Assembly (NCBI RefSeq): GCF_001194135.2
Contig: NC_068990.1
Location: 50,156,736-50,206,439 of the forward strand
Origin: Octopus bimaculoides
Lineage: Eukaryota
Reading direction: 5' to 3'
DNA: 49,704 nt
Shown: positions 24,871-37,330 of the stretch, one piece after another
Position numbering within the stretch: position 1 is the stretch's first letter
How the letters are laid out: each line of letters starts with the position of its first letter
Position numbers and translations under genes: made by a program
Notes under the pieces: model-generated
Seen by the model: only the letters and a program-made list of their open reading frames with translations
What the model was told of the DNA's origin: nothing
Database searches by the model: none

Positions 24871-25439
24871 TAAATCATCCTGTCTTTCTTAAATAGCTCT
24901 TAATCTTTTCCTTTCTGTGGAATTTCCATATATACTAACCTATCTGGATAAGTGTCCTGATTAAGACATTTAACTACAATTACTGGTGAGACTTAAGAGT
25001 TTTAAGGGATGTATAGAATTACCCATTAGCTGCCACCACTACTTCCAAATTTGTTCTAGTCTGGAATGGTAGTATCTGTCAAGTGTCCCAGTTATAGGTG
25101 AATAACAGAAGATGGTTCTCTGGCTAAGGCATTGAGAACTCAGAGGCAGGTTGGCTCCTAGACATGTGTCACACAGGCTCACCAGGGTGTGAACACATCC
25201 TTATGTTACAGTGACAAGTCTATCTGCCCAAGGATTAAATAAGCCCTGTGCCTTGAGGATAAACCCAGGAGAGCAAGAGACAAGCATGAAAGCAATGGGA
25301 AAGCACTGCTGGTATATATCTTATGAAAAATAATGAATCTTCATGTTTTGATCTGCAGGCCCAAGACTGCTGACACCTGTAAGCAAGACTCATGAAAAAG
25401 AATATGGTTATATTGTATTATGTACTGTATTCAAGCAAT

Positions 25440-25710
25440 TGGCAAAAAGAAACTGATCTGGTATCTACAAACTTTTTGATGAACCTAATATCAGGTTCAT
25501 GCAAACCCTTTATAAAACCTAACAACCAACTTCTGTATATACACTCAAATTTAAACCAACTACTAAATGCTATCAACCAAATACCTAGAGCAACAAGAAA
25601 GTGTATATGCAATTTCTTCTCTACTGAAGTAACTTTCCCCAGGGCTAAGGACAAGTACAACCTAATAACTGTCCATAGCTACTTCAAAAACACAACAGAC
25701 CAAATGTGAA
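25440..25710 (+). mobile_element. Penelope-like element RT C-terminal fragment
   Basis: NFLMNLISGSCKPFIKPNNQLLYIHSN..INQIP, homologous to FLDVILNLSTSQYSPYHKPNQCLKYLNIHSNH in the PLE at 45.3-47.1 kb. Confidence 0.6.
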
Positions 25711-25980
25711 TGACATTAAAGTGCACTTCAGTAGAGTGCATAAAATCACCCTAGACCACATTTAAAATTAACTAATTTGCAAAACTCACCAACCGACTAA
25801 AATGATTAGCTCATCCATCTATCATTTCTCTCCACCTTTTTTACATCATCTGGGCTCCTAAACTAGCAAGCTACATACTTAGCAAGCTAACCAACCCTAT
25901 CTGACTCACATGTCTATTCTCATAATCCATAAAGATTTATGTAAGTTTTTGTATATTTTGTATTTCTCATGAAAGTTTTT

Positions 25981-26222
25981 ATTTTTGTTAAATTCAAATT
26001 ACGATAAACGTAAACAAATAAATAAACTTTGCTTTTAGAAGCGTTGAGATGTCTTAGAAAGTTAAAGAAGTGATTTTAAATTCTCAAACGCAGGATAATG
26101 CTAATAATATAGCCTTGCAAAATAGGGGTAGTCTATCCTGTTCAGGCTATATTATTAGCATTATCCTGCATTTGAGAATTTATAATCACTTCTTTAACTT
26201 TTTTTTTTTAATATTTCGTCTC
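25981..26222. mobile_element. Fold-back (palindromic) element flanked by a 16-bp direct repeat
   Basis: Arms 26058-26115 / 26144-26201 (56/58 identical). tctcatgaaagttttt at 25965-25980 and 26223-26238. Second partial copy at 48566-48720. Confidence 0.75.
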
Positions 26223-26239
26223 TCTCATGAAAGTTTTTG

Positions 26240-27630
26240 CATCATCATCATCATCATCATCATTGTTTAACGTCCGCTTTCCATGCTGGCATGGGTTGGA
26301 CAGTTTGACTGAGGACTGGTGAACCAGGCTCCAATCTGANNNNNNNNNNNNNNNNNNNNNNNNNNNNNNNNNNNNNNNNNNNNNNNNNNNNAAATGGTGT
26401 TTTTTATGTGCCACCTGCACAGGAGCCAGTCCAGGGGCACTGGCAATGACCTTGCTCGAATGTTGTTTTTCACGTGCCACCGGCTGGTAACAATCACACT
26501 TGAATGGTGGTTTTTATGTGCCACCAGCATGGGAGCCAGTCAGCGGCCCTGGCAACAATCACTCTCGGATGATGCTTTTAACGATCCACTCAGACAGTGC
26601 TGTCATTGGCCACGTCGGTGAATTTGATTTTGATTGTGATTTCACTTGCTTCAACAGGTCTTTGCAAGCAAAGTTTAGTGTCCAACGAAAGAAAGGTACG
26701 CATAAGTAGGCTGGTTACAGCGCTGGCATAGGCCACGGGTTATGGTTTCACTTGGCTTGCTGGGTCTTCTCAAGCACACCACATTTCCAAAGGTTTCGGT
26801 CACTAGTCATTGCCTCGGTGAGGCCTAATGTTCAAAGTTCGTGCTTCACCACCTCATCCCACGGATTCCCTCAACTGCAAGGGTGTGACACTTTTTCACA
26901 CAGCTGTCCTCATCCATTCACACCATATGACCATACCAGCACAGTCGTCTCTCTTGCACACCACAAAGGATTCTTCTTAGGTCCAGCTTTTCTCTCAAGG
27001 TGCTTACACTCTGTCGTGTATGCACACTGACATTACACATCCAACAGAGAATATTGGCTTCATTCTTTGCAAGCTTACACATGCCCTCAGCAATCATGGG
27101 CTATGTTTCATTGCCATGTAGCATGGCTGTTCGTCCACATTTGTCATACAGTCTACCTTTTATTCTGAGCAAGAGACCCTTTGTCACCAGCAGAGGTAGG
27201 AGCTCTCTGAAATTTGCCTAGGTTATTCTTATTCTAGCAGCTACACTTTCAGAGCATCCACCACCGCTACTGACTTGGTCACCTTGGTAATGGAAGCTGT
27301 TAACTACTTCCAGTTTTTCTCCCTGGAATGTGACAGAAGTCGTTTTCTGCACATTTTCAGTGTTTATTGCTTCTGAGCATCTGCCACATACAAAAGCTCT
27401 CTTCCCAGGTAGCCTTCCTTTGATATTGCTGCATCTCTTATGTGTCCATAGCTTACACTGGGTACATCTTATAGAGTTTCAACCTACACCTTTTCTACAG
27501 AATGAGCAGGGTCATCTACCTGAAGGGATTTGTGGTTTGTCTGCCTTCCTACTTATTAAGACTTTGGTTTTAGCTAGGTTGACTCTAAGGCCGTTTGGTT
27601 CTAATCCTCGCTTCCACATGCCATGAAACC
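26240..27630 (-). mobile_element. RTE LINE 3' part plus SINE-type tail, minus strand
   Basis: WKRGLEPNGLRVNLAKTKVLIS..PCSFCRKGVG.NSIRCTQCKLWTHKRC..CGRC..; (GAT)n tail seen as (CAT)n at 26240-26263. Confidence 0.8.
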
Positions 27631-27739
27631 TACAGATATGTATAAATTTGCTAATAGATGGAAAACTATGGCACAACACTTCTTATCCCTCACAGTTGCA
27701 GATTTATTCAAGCAGTAATGACACAGCTGTCAAACAGCC

Positions 27740-29640
27740 TTCCCACTGATGATATACCCCTTTCCTGTGGATTCCAAAACTTTAGGGTTTCAACCATAAA
27801 AGTGGGGATGATGAAAGATAGATCTGGTGAAATTGTGGAAATGTTGGAGCAGAGATGAGCAGCTGTATGCAGTGTGTAAGAGGTAAAATGGAGAGGATCC
27901 AGAAGCAAACTTTTCATGGGTAAAAGAGAGAGATACAAATTCTCCTGGGTGAGTAATAGTGACAATAGAGGAGTAGTAGGCATGCTGTTAGTTGAGAAAG
28001 GGGTGAAAAAAGCAACTAAAGTAGTCAGGGTGTGCAATAGGATAATCAAGATGAGACTAGTTATAGGCACTTCAACAGTAACATTTATTTCAGCATATGC
28101 CCCACAGGCAGGAATAACAGAAGCACAGAAGGATGTCTATGAGACACTTCTGCAGACTACCTAAACAAGACTGACAGTGACTTCATCTATGTGGCTGGTG
28201 ACTTCAGCAGTCATGTTGACCAACATGCTTCCATCAAATGCATGGAGGTTATGGATATGGACAGAGAAATGAGGAGGGTGTAAGGCTTCTGAAGTTCTGT
28301 GGTGCAACTGATCTAACAATTTGCAACACACACTTTAGAGTTTCTTTCTTAACCCACCAATCTGGCAAGCCTAGAAGATGTGCCATGGATGCAATCTTCC
28401 TAGTAAGGCAACTGCAGGAGAAATTCTTGGCTCAGAGTAAACCATTGTTTCTGGCCTTCACTGATCTGAAAAAGGCATTAAACATGGTATCACATACAGT
28501 TATCTATTGGTCAATAAGGAAAATAGGCATTGACAAATGGCTTGTGAGAATAGTACAAGCCATGTACAAATATGCAGTAAGTAAAATGAGAGTCAACAAT
28601 GACTTCAGTAATGAAATGTGAGGTTTGTAGTCCATTAAGGTTCAGTCCTCAGTCTCTTCCTGTTCATCATAGTCCTACAGCTCATCACTAAGGAATTTAA
28701 GATTGGCTGTTTATGGTAACTCCATATGGTGATGATCTCTTTCTCACAGCTGAATCTATAGAGGAAATAGAGAGAACATTCTGGGCATGGAAGTAAAACC
28801 TAGAATTGAAAGGTTGTAGGGTAAATTTAAAGATGAAGATTTTAGTAAGTAGGAAAGAACACAGCACTATGGTATTTTGATCAATATGCTTAAAAGATGC
28901 AGGTATAAACCCCATATGCCGTACCCAATGTAAGCAATGGACATACAAGGAATGTAGTGGAATCACAAGCAGACTGATAGAGAACATAAGTTTCATATGT
29001 GATAGATACACTGAATCAGTATGTACTAAGAACACTGGAAATAGACTCTCTTGAATGCACAGTTGGCTCATTAGATGTAGTGAATAGTTTTTATTAACTA
29101 GGAAATATAATTAGCAGGAGATGTGATTACTCCAGAAGTATAGTAGGTAGAGTAAGTACAAATGGAAGAAAGTTCAGAGAACTACTACTGCTGGCAACAA
29201 AGGTCTTTTCTCAAAGAGTGAAGGTCAGATTGTATGATGCATCTGTTAAAACTGCAATACTGCATGGTGGTGAGATGTGGGCCTTGAATGTAGAGGACTT
29301 GAGAAAACTGGAAAGGAATGAAGTTAGCATAACCTGCTATATGTACAATGTAAGTGTGCATGAATGACAGTATACATGTATTGAAAAACTGGGCATAAGA
29401 GGAATCAGATGTAGTAGTTTAGAATGAAAACTGCATTGGTATGGACAAGTAATGCATATGGATGTTAACAACTGTATAAAGAAGCGCCAACCACTCAAAG
29501 CAGACAGAGCTTGTGGATGAAGGATACCCAGGAAGATATGGAATGAAGTGGTGAAGGTTGCCTCAGGGCCCTGAGTCTCACAGAGGAAATGACAAAGGAC
29601 AGAGATGTTTAGTAGTATGCGGTTCTCACTGGTTGCCAAT
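27740..29640 (+). mobile_element. RTE LINE with large internal deletion (APE joined to mid-RT)
   Basis: APE (MKDRSGEIVEMLE, FISAYAPQ, RNEEGVRLLKFC..DLTICNTHF) jumps at ~28345 to RT (DAIFLVRQLQEK, FTDLKKA, GSVLS.FLF), then the 3' region. Confidence 0.85.
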
Positions 29641-30329
29641 GTGGTTGCCATTGTGACAAAACTGACTTCTGAAAGCATTGTGTATGTGTGTGTGTGTAAG
29701 CACACACAAATGGCTAGCTCACCCAATCTCCTCCTCATATCCCACCCAATCATCTCTTTCCCCAATAGAACTCATGTTTCATTTTTGTTACCCAGAACCA
29801 TTTCTTTTGTTAGCCATTCTTCGTCCATTAATAATATTTGCTCCACCTATGTGTCACATTGATCATCCACTCCCACATCCCCTCCTCACTGGACCACCAA
29901 ATTATCACTTGTTATGCACTAGACTTACTTCTTTCTCCTCCTCTTCTCCTGCAGCCTACTCAACCACATGTCATCTCTCTCTTATCCTCCCCTCTGTCAA
30001 CTGTATCATCATTACTACCTCCTGCTGCTTTACCCCAACTCTCTTCTGCATCTTTCTTGCTCCCCACTTACATTGTTGCAAATACCCCCACACCTATTTT
30101 CTCAGTCCCCACTCAATTTTATTCATCTTGTACCTTAAGGGTCACCAGGACTCTATTATCACCACTATTTATCTCTTAGTAGCTCTTACGAAGTCATTCT
30201 CACTCTCTTCTCTAAATGTAAATAACCATGTAGCTCCTCAACAACAAGAACCTGCACTGCCCACCTCCTTCTCTCATACTTTAACCCTCATCTCCTAACA
30301 TAGAGCCCCACCCCCAGGTTTTGCAGTTT

Positions 30330-30518
30330 TGTGAGGTGCATGATGACCTCACTAGTGCCAACAGTATGAATAAAGCACCCAGTAAACAGTGTAAAGCAGG
30401 AAGAGCATCCAGCTGTAGAAACCAAGCCAAAACAGACACTGGAGTATGATGCAGTCCTTAAACCCATCAGATCCTGTCAAACTGTTCAACTCATACTAGT
30501 ATGGAACATGGATATTAA

Positions 30519-30558
<40 letters not shown>
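30330..30558 (+). mobile_element. SINE 3' module with (GAT)n tail
   Basis: gcatccagctgtagaaacc..gtcaaactgttcaactcatactagtatggaa..(gat)n. Confidence 0.7.
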
Positions 30559-30559
<1 letters not shown>

Positions 30560-30934
30560 AGGACTTTAACATTGACTTCTCTTAATACTAGAACACAATT
30601 ATGTACTTCTATTTTTCACTCTGGGTATTCAGTATAATACTGGTAAGCCTAAACAACCAAAGTATACCATAGGAAAGTCAGGTTAAATGTATTCTTGGAG
30701 CTTTATTAGTTATATAAGTTTCGGTAGTGAGACAAGACTACTAAAACTGAAACAGAAAATTTTAAAAAGGCAAAGTTTGGTAAAGATGAGAAAACAAGTA
30801 ATGATATGATAGGGATTCATTTCATTCAATATTTTGCCTTCAGAACTAAATCATTAGCATATGTCATTGTCTATACCAAGTATTATTAATAAAATACATT
30901 TACTCAAAAAAAATATATATATATATATATTTAC

Positions 30935-31034
30935 CTTTCCAGTCTGCCCTATATCATCCATGATTGCTCCTTTGCAGAAATTTTCATGAAGAGCTTTATT
31001 TCTCTGTAAATCTTCTAAAGTTAAATGTTCTCGT
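30935..31034 (-). CDS. ANKRD13C: ANKRD13C-like coding exon (100 nt): (R)REHLTLEDLQRNKALHENFCKGAIMDDIGQTGK
   Basis: Matches ANKRD13C REHLSEEDILRNKAIMESLSKG. Pyrimidine tract plus AG acceptor (31036-31035), donor GTAAAT at 30934. Phase 2 in, phase 0 out. Confidence 0.88.
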
Positions 31035-31729
31035 CTTCAGATAGAATGAATGAAAAGAGATAAAAAATCATATAAGTCTTTCAATACAGCAATACACATC
31101 AAAGGAAAATTGCTTTTAAAAACTGAATAACTAGATTCTATGTAAGTTGAGTGGCTGAATGGATAAGAAGCTGGCCTACTGTTCAAATTTCCTGATCAAA
31201 CACTACATATTGCCTTATGTCTAACCAAGCTAAATTAATCAATATTCAGCCTGCCTACTATATATTGTAGTGTGCTGATTATTCTACTTTACACACCATC
31301 CGTTGCACTAGACTAGGTATGACTGTAAAACTATTGGTAATAGTAAATCTATGTGTATGTTCGTGTATATGATCATTTACTGGAAGAAACAAGAAACACT
31401 TAACTGGGTTAGGAAGACAGCAAGGATGTTACATAGTGAGTCCATATGCACACCTTAACTAATGTCATTCTCATATACTAGAATTTGTGAAGCTACAGCT
31501 GAATAAAACTTGCTAGCCTTGTTACATAAATATATGAGCATGCCTGTATTGTCAAAAATGCAGACAGTTTTATGAATGATTGAAAATGGCACATCTAAAC
31601 TTTGGGACAGACCATTAATAAATGACAGCAATCAAGTAAATATACATACATACACAGACTTGAAACACTTGAACAATCAGATACAGTCGTAATGTCTCAG
31701 TTAAAAATGTTATCATTCATATAATATAC

Positions 31730-31945
31730 AAACATCCACTTTTCCATGCATGCATGGATCAGACAGATTTTGTACAGCTGGCTGCCCTCTCTGTCAGTCA
31801 CCAACTCTTACCTATTCTAATGTAAGTAATATTTTACCATACCCATACATACTTTCATGGAATATTGGAAACAAAGGACACCACTTGGATAACAGTGGCA
31901 CTTGCTTACAAGTAGCACATGATGTTAAGGTGAGGAGACAGTAAA
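31730..31945 (-). mobile_element. SINE 3' fragment (family of 44520-44895)
   Basis: Reverse-complement similarity to 44700-44890, including the catgc..gcatggaaaagtggatg tail. Confidence 0.55.
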
Positions 31946-32009
31946 ACAAACATAAATACACACACATATATATATAGACACACACACACACACATATGTA
32001 TATTATATA

Positions 32010-32889
32010 CTAGCACTATAGCCCGGCTTCGCTTGGGATTAAGTTAGGATTACATGAGTAATACAATCAACTGAGGAAAATTTGGCACCCAGATGTAAGT
32101 TTTGTAAGAGGAATAGAGAGGCCTATCTTCTCCCACAGGGGTGTGAGAGTCAGATCTCTCCTTTTGGAAACATGAACAGTTTCATAACATTGTTTACAAA
32201 ATAATAGCCGATCGTTTGCGAAGGAGCGTGTCTACAGCCAACACTTAGGATTTTTGCTCCGGTAACTTCTGTTCTCCCATGTTCACGCATGACCAGCTAT
32301 ATGTCACTATGAGTAGAGCAACGGATTCAGCAAATTTGGAAATTAGTTGTGGAGAAACGGAGAACATCGTTTATATTGTGTATCACTCACTAAAAAGATG
32401 AAATTTAAAAAATCTGTTATCTCTCTCTCTCTCTCAAGAGGAATAGAGAGGCCTATCTTCTCCCACAGAGATGTGAGAGTCAGATCTCTCCTTTCGAAAA
32501 CATGAACAGTTTCATAACATTGTTTACAAAATAAGAGCTGATCGTTTTCGAAGGAGTGTGTCTACAGTCAACACTTAGGATTTTTGCTCTGGTAACTTCT
32601 GCTCTCTCATGTTCATGCACGACCAGCTATATGTCGCTATGAGTAGAGCAATGGATTCAGCAAATTTGGAAATTAGCTGTGGAGAAACCGAGAATATTAT
32701 TTATATTGTGTATCACTCACTAAAAAGACAAAATTTAAAAAAAATCTGTTATCTCTCTCTCTCTCTTTACACTGTCGCTAGAAGGGGACTTAACTCATGT
32801 TTGCAAATGCTGGTGTATTTCTCCGACTTGAAAATTATTAGAAGTTATGGTTTAAAATTATTTTTAATGCAAAAATTCACCTGTTAGGA

Positions 32890-32934
<45 letters not shown>

Positions 32935-33072
32935 AATGGTCGATTCCGGGCATTTTCGACCATGAGGAATCCATTGGTGCAACTCCCAGATTGTTATCTT
33001 GTAAGGTGTGGATTTCTATAGATGCAACACACATACATACACTCACAAACTCAGCTTTACAATATGTACTGA
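32010..33072 (-). mobile_element. Non-autonomous Helitron, complete, with internal 330-bp tandem duplication
   Basis: Minus strand A|TCAGTACATATTGTAAAGCTGAG at 33072; 3' hairpin (32021-32037) plus CTAG|T at 32010. Tandem units start at 32106 and 32436. Confidence 0.8.
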
Positions 33073-33079
33073 TATTGCG

Positions 33080-36000
33080 CTGATCTTCAATGATTGCCTT
33101 CCCACTGTCACTCTCAATTTCAGGGTTGCTGTCATCAATTTTGGCACAACGAAAGGAAGGACTGGGGAGATTATTGAAATGCTGGAGTGATGCCATGTCA
33201 ACATGTGTAGTGTGCAAGAAGTAAGATAGAGGTGAGCCTCTGCTAGATTTCTTACAGGTAAGAAACAGAGTTCAAATTCTTCTGGGTAGGCAGGAGCAAT
33301 GGAGTGGGTGGTGTAGGCATACTTTTAGCAGAAAAGTGAGTAGATAAGGTAATTAAGGTAATCAGAATATGTGATCGGGTAATTAAGTTGGGACTTATAG
33401 ATGAATTAACAGTTAGGCACAGGAGTGGCTGTGTGGTAAGTAGCTTGCTTACCAACCACATGGTTCTACTATAGCTTTGGGCCGACCAAAGCCTTGTCAG
33501 TGGATTTGGTAGATGGAAACTGAAAGAAGCCCGTCGTATATATGTATATACATGTATGTGTGTGTGTGTATATTTGTGTGTCTGTGTTTGTCCCCCCAAC
33601 ATCGCTTGACAACCGATGCTGGTGTGTTTACATCCTCGTAACTTAGTGGTTCGGCAAAAGAGACTGATAGAATAAGTACTAGGCTTACAAAGAATAAGTC
33701 CTGGGGTCGATTTGCTCAACTAAAGGCAGTGCTCCAGCATGGCTGCAGTCAAATGACTGAAACAAGTAAAAGAGTAAATGAGTTACGTTTATCTCTGCCT
33801 ATGATCTACAGTCTGGGCTGGCTAATGAGCAGAAGAACCAATTCTACAAGGTCATTTATTTCTCCAACAATTGACAAAGATTTGGTTATTGTGGATGGTG
33901 ACTTCAATGGACTTTTTGGGCAGCATGTATTCCATGGTGTGCATTGTAGTTATCGCTTTGACCCAAGGAATGAGGAGGGTACAAGACTACTGGAGTTCTG
34001 TGATGCAAATGATCTCATGATCTGCAACACCAGCTTCAGAAAACCAGCCAGCAACCTAATCACTTATCATTCTGGTGGGCACATAAGCCAGATTGATTAC
34101 CTCCTCAGCAGGCAACAAGATACACAGATGTTTGCAAATGCGAAGTCTTTCCCTGGTGAAGAGTGTACAACCCAACATAGGTTACTTAGTGACTTCAGAA
34201 ATAGAGCTAGAAAAACTTGGAGAAATAAATCATTCTGGAAAAGAAGATTATGGAAGCTCAAAGACCCAGTAAACCAATAGAAATTTAGAGATATTCTAAT
34301 GGAAGCTTCTGACGAAAGAGAGGAGAGTTGGGGACATATAGCCTAGAGGACAATTAGAAGCTCCTGCTGGACAATCTATCGAGAGCTACAGACTAAATCT
34401 GTGGGTGGTGAAAAGTCCCAAGTAGGTGAGGGTGATATGGTAGTGGAACAAGGAGGTTGACAGTGCTATAAAAGCAAAGAGACAGGCCTGGAAAAACTGG
34501 AGAAATAGTGGAAGTAGAGAATTATATTAAGTAGCCAGAAAGGAAGCTAGGTGATAGTTTACATAGCAAGAGGAATAGCAGAAGCTAAGAGATTTGCTAA
34601 TGCTCTACAGCATGTTCAGAATTGCAAAGCAGTGTATAAGAAAGAATAGAGATGTTGTGGATGAGAAATGTGTGTGAATAGATAATGGTATGCTTGCACT
34701 TAGTAACTCAGAGAAGAAAGATAAATAGAAGTGCCACTATGAAAGGTTACTAAATGTGGAGAATGATCAGGAGGAGAGTCTTTCAAATATTGAACCAACT
34801 GAGGGACCAGCCACTAGAGCTAACAGTAGTAAAATAGATAAAACAATTAAGTATATGGAGAAAGGGAAAGCCTCTGGACCATCAGGAATCACTGCTGAGA
34901 TGATTAAAATATCTGGTGTTGTTGGATACCACTAGTCACTCATATAGTTAATTAGGTTATTCAAGAAGGCATCATCTCCAATGACTGGTGCAGTAGTATT
35001 ATAGTTAGCTGCAACAAGGGTAAAAGTGGTGCCTTAGATAGAAACAACTACAGAGGTATCAAACTACTGTACCAGATCATGAAAGTTACAAAGAGATTTA
35101 CAACTCAATTGATTAGGAATAGAATTAAACTAGATAAGATGCAGTTAGGTTTTGTATTTGGGAAGAGTACCACAGATGCCACCATCCTAGTGAGATAGCT
35201 GCAGGAAAAGTATTCGGCCAAAAGTAAGCCATTGTACTTGACTTTTGTCAACCTGAAGAAAGCTTTTGACAGAGTCCCTTGCTCTATTATATGGTGGTCT
35301 CTAAGGAAGCTAGGAGTAAGTGAGTGGCAAGCCAGGTACAGTGGTGCTATCAGTAGGGTGAGAGTTGGCTATGAATACAGTGATGAATTTAGTGTACAAG
35401 TAGGGGTTCACCAGGAAAAAGTTCTCAGTCCACTCTTATTTATCACAGTTTTCCAGGCCATAACAGAGGAATTCAAAACTGGATGCCTATGGGAACTACT
35501 ATATGCTGACGACCTCACTCTTATTGCAGAATCTGTAGCAGAATTGGAGAAGAAATTCCTGGAAGCAAAACCTGGAATCAAAGGGGCTTAAAGTTAACCT
35601 GGCAAAAGCAAAAGTGGTTGTTAGCAAGGAAGCAGATAAGGCTCTCTTTCTGTCAGATAAATGGCCTTGCTCAATAAATAAGAAAGAAGTTGAAATCAGC
35701 AGAGGGACTAGCTGAGTTGACAGCAGTATGATAGATAAGGCAATTAAGGATATGAGGTCAGTGAAGGCCACTGGTCCATCAGGAGATACTGAGATGTTTA
35801 AAATATCTGGTAGAGTAGGATAAGGTCTGGTTACCTATATACTTAATCAGGTCATTCAGGAAGGTGTCATCCCCAATGACTGATGTGGCAGCATTATAGT
35901 CTGATGCTACAAGGATAAGGGCAATGCCTTAGATAGAAGTAATTATAGAGGCACCAAATTACTGGATCAGGAGATGAAAGTTACTGAGAGAATTATAATC

Positions 36001-37330
36001 CAATGAATTTGGAATAGAATTAGGCTAGATGAATTGCAGTTTGGATTTGTGCACTACTGAGAAGCACTACTGACACTCTTTATAGATAGAAAACTGCAGG
36101 AGAAGTATTTGACCAAGAATAAACAACTGTACTTAGTGTTTGTTGACTTACAGAAAGCCTTTGACAGAGTACCTCACTGTGTGATAATGGTGAGCTCTGA
36201 GGAAATCAGGAGTAGACAAGTGACTTGTGAAAGCTGTACAGGCCATGTACAAAGGTTTTACAAATAAGGTGAGAGTTAACCATTAGTACAGTGATTAATT
36301 TAGTGTACAGGCAGGTGTTCTCAGCCCCCTCCTATTCATCATTGTTTTCCAGGCCATAATAGAGGAATTCAAGACTGGCTGCCCCTGGGAACTGCTCCAT
36401 GTTAATTATCTTGCTCTCATAGAAGATTCTATTAACAGTATTAGAAAAGAAATTCCAAGCATGAAGCAAAACCTAGAATTGAAGGGCCTTAAGGTTAACT
36501 TAGCAAAGACCAAGGTTCTAGTAAGTAAGGAAAAAAAAAACAGGATCCTGCCCACTTCAGGTAAATGGCTTTGCTTGATATGTAGGAAAGGTTTAGGCAG
36601 GCATTCTATATGGTGCACCCAGTGCAATGGAATAATAGCAAGGTTAACAGAGAAAGTAGTATTTATATGTGGAAGACATACAGAGGCTGTTAAGTCTACA
36701 GATACATGGGAAATTAATCTTATCAAATGCCCGGGAGGCTCTCTTGAGGTAGTAAATAATTTCTGCTACCTAGGTGACTTAATTAGCATTGGAGGGGCAT
36801 GTACTGAGAGTGTAACTGTTAGAATAAGAATAAGATGGAGAAAGTTCAGAAAGCTTTTATCTCTGCTGAAAACCAAAGGTCTCTCTGAGTAAAAGGAAGA
36901 TTATATGATGTTTGTTTAAGAACCACAATGCTACATAATAGTGAGATGTGGGCCTGAATGCAGAGGACATATGAAGACTAGAAGGGAATGAAGCTAGTAT
37001 GCATTGCTAGATATGCAATGTCAGTGTACATGTGCAACAGAGCACTAGTGTATTGAAAGAAAAATTAGGTATAAGAGGAATTAGACGCAGTGTACAAGAG
37101 AGAAGACTGCACTGGTTCAGTCTTGTGATGCATACAGATGAGTACAGTTGCATCAAAAAATGCTTATCACTTATAGTGGATGGAACTTAAGGAAGTGAGA
37201 GACCCAGGAAGACATTGGATGAAGGCTGATCTCAAGATGCTGAGCTTTATTAAGGAGGTGACAAAGACATGTCCACCACAGCAGAATTGATATCCTAAAA
37301 TCACCTTGGGAATGCTCTGCCCCGGCAACC
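33080..37330 (+). mobile_element. Near-full-length decayed RTE LINE with duplicated RT segment and nested SINE
   Basis: APE FRVAVINFGTTKGRTGEIIEMLE, GDFNG, RNEEGTRLLEFCDANDLMICNTSF, QIDYLL; RT FVNLKKAFDRVP, ELLYADDL, FCYLGD; 3' RRLHWF. RT segment repeated at ~34820-35690 and ~35715-36560. Confidence 0.88.
33415..33780 (+). mobile_element. SINE inserted into the RTE endonuclease
   Basis: Head ggagtggctgtgtggtaagtagcttgcttaccaaccacatggtt, internal (TA/TG)n, tail gactgaaacaagtaaaagagt. RTE coding resumes on both sides (KLGLIDELTV | TFISAYD); AGTT at both junctions. Confidence 0.85.

Noticed and set aside
24850-24875. Possible recursive splice site (tttttgcag|gtaaaa on the minus strand) in the 19.7-kb intron
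   Set aside because: It is simply the Gypsy RT codons TTG CAG GTA AAA (LQVK); no independent evidence without RNA-seq.
25080-25400. Candidate Gypsy LTR
   Set aside because: No second copy near 22.5-23.1 kb, and no PBS/PPT or TG...CA pair identified.
29678-30298. 206-aa plus-strand ORF and similar ORFs at 37562-37980
   Set aside because: Pyrimidine-rich low-complexity sequence after RTE 3' ends; no recognisable motifs.
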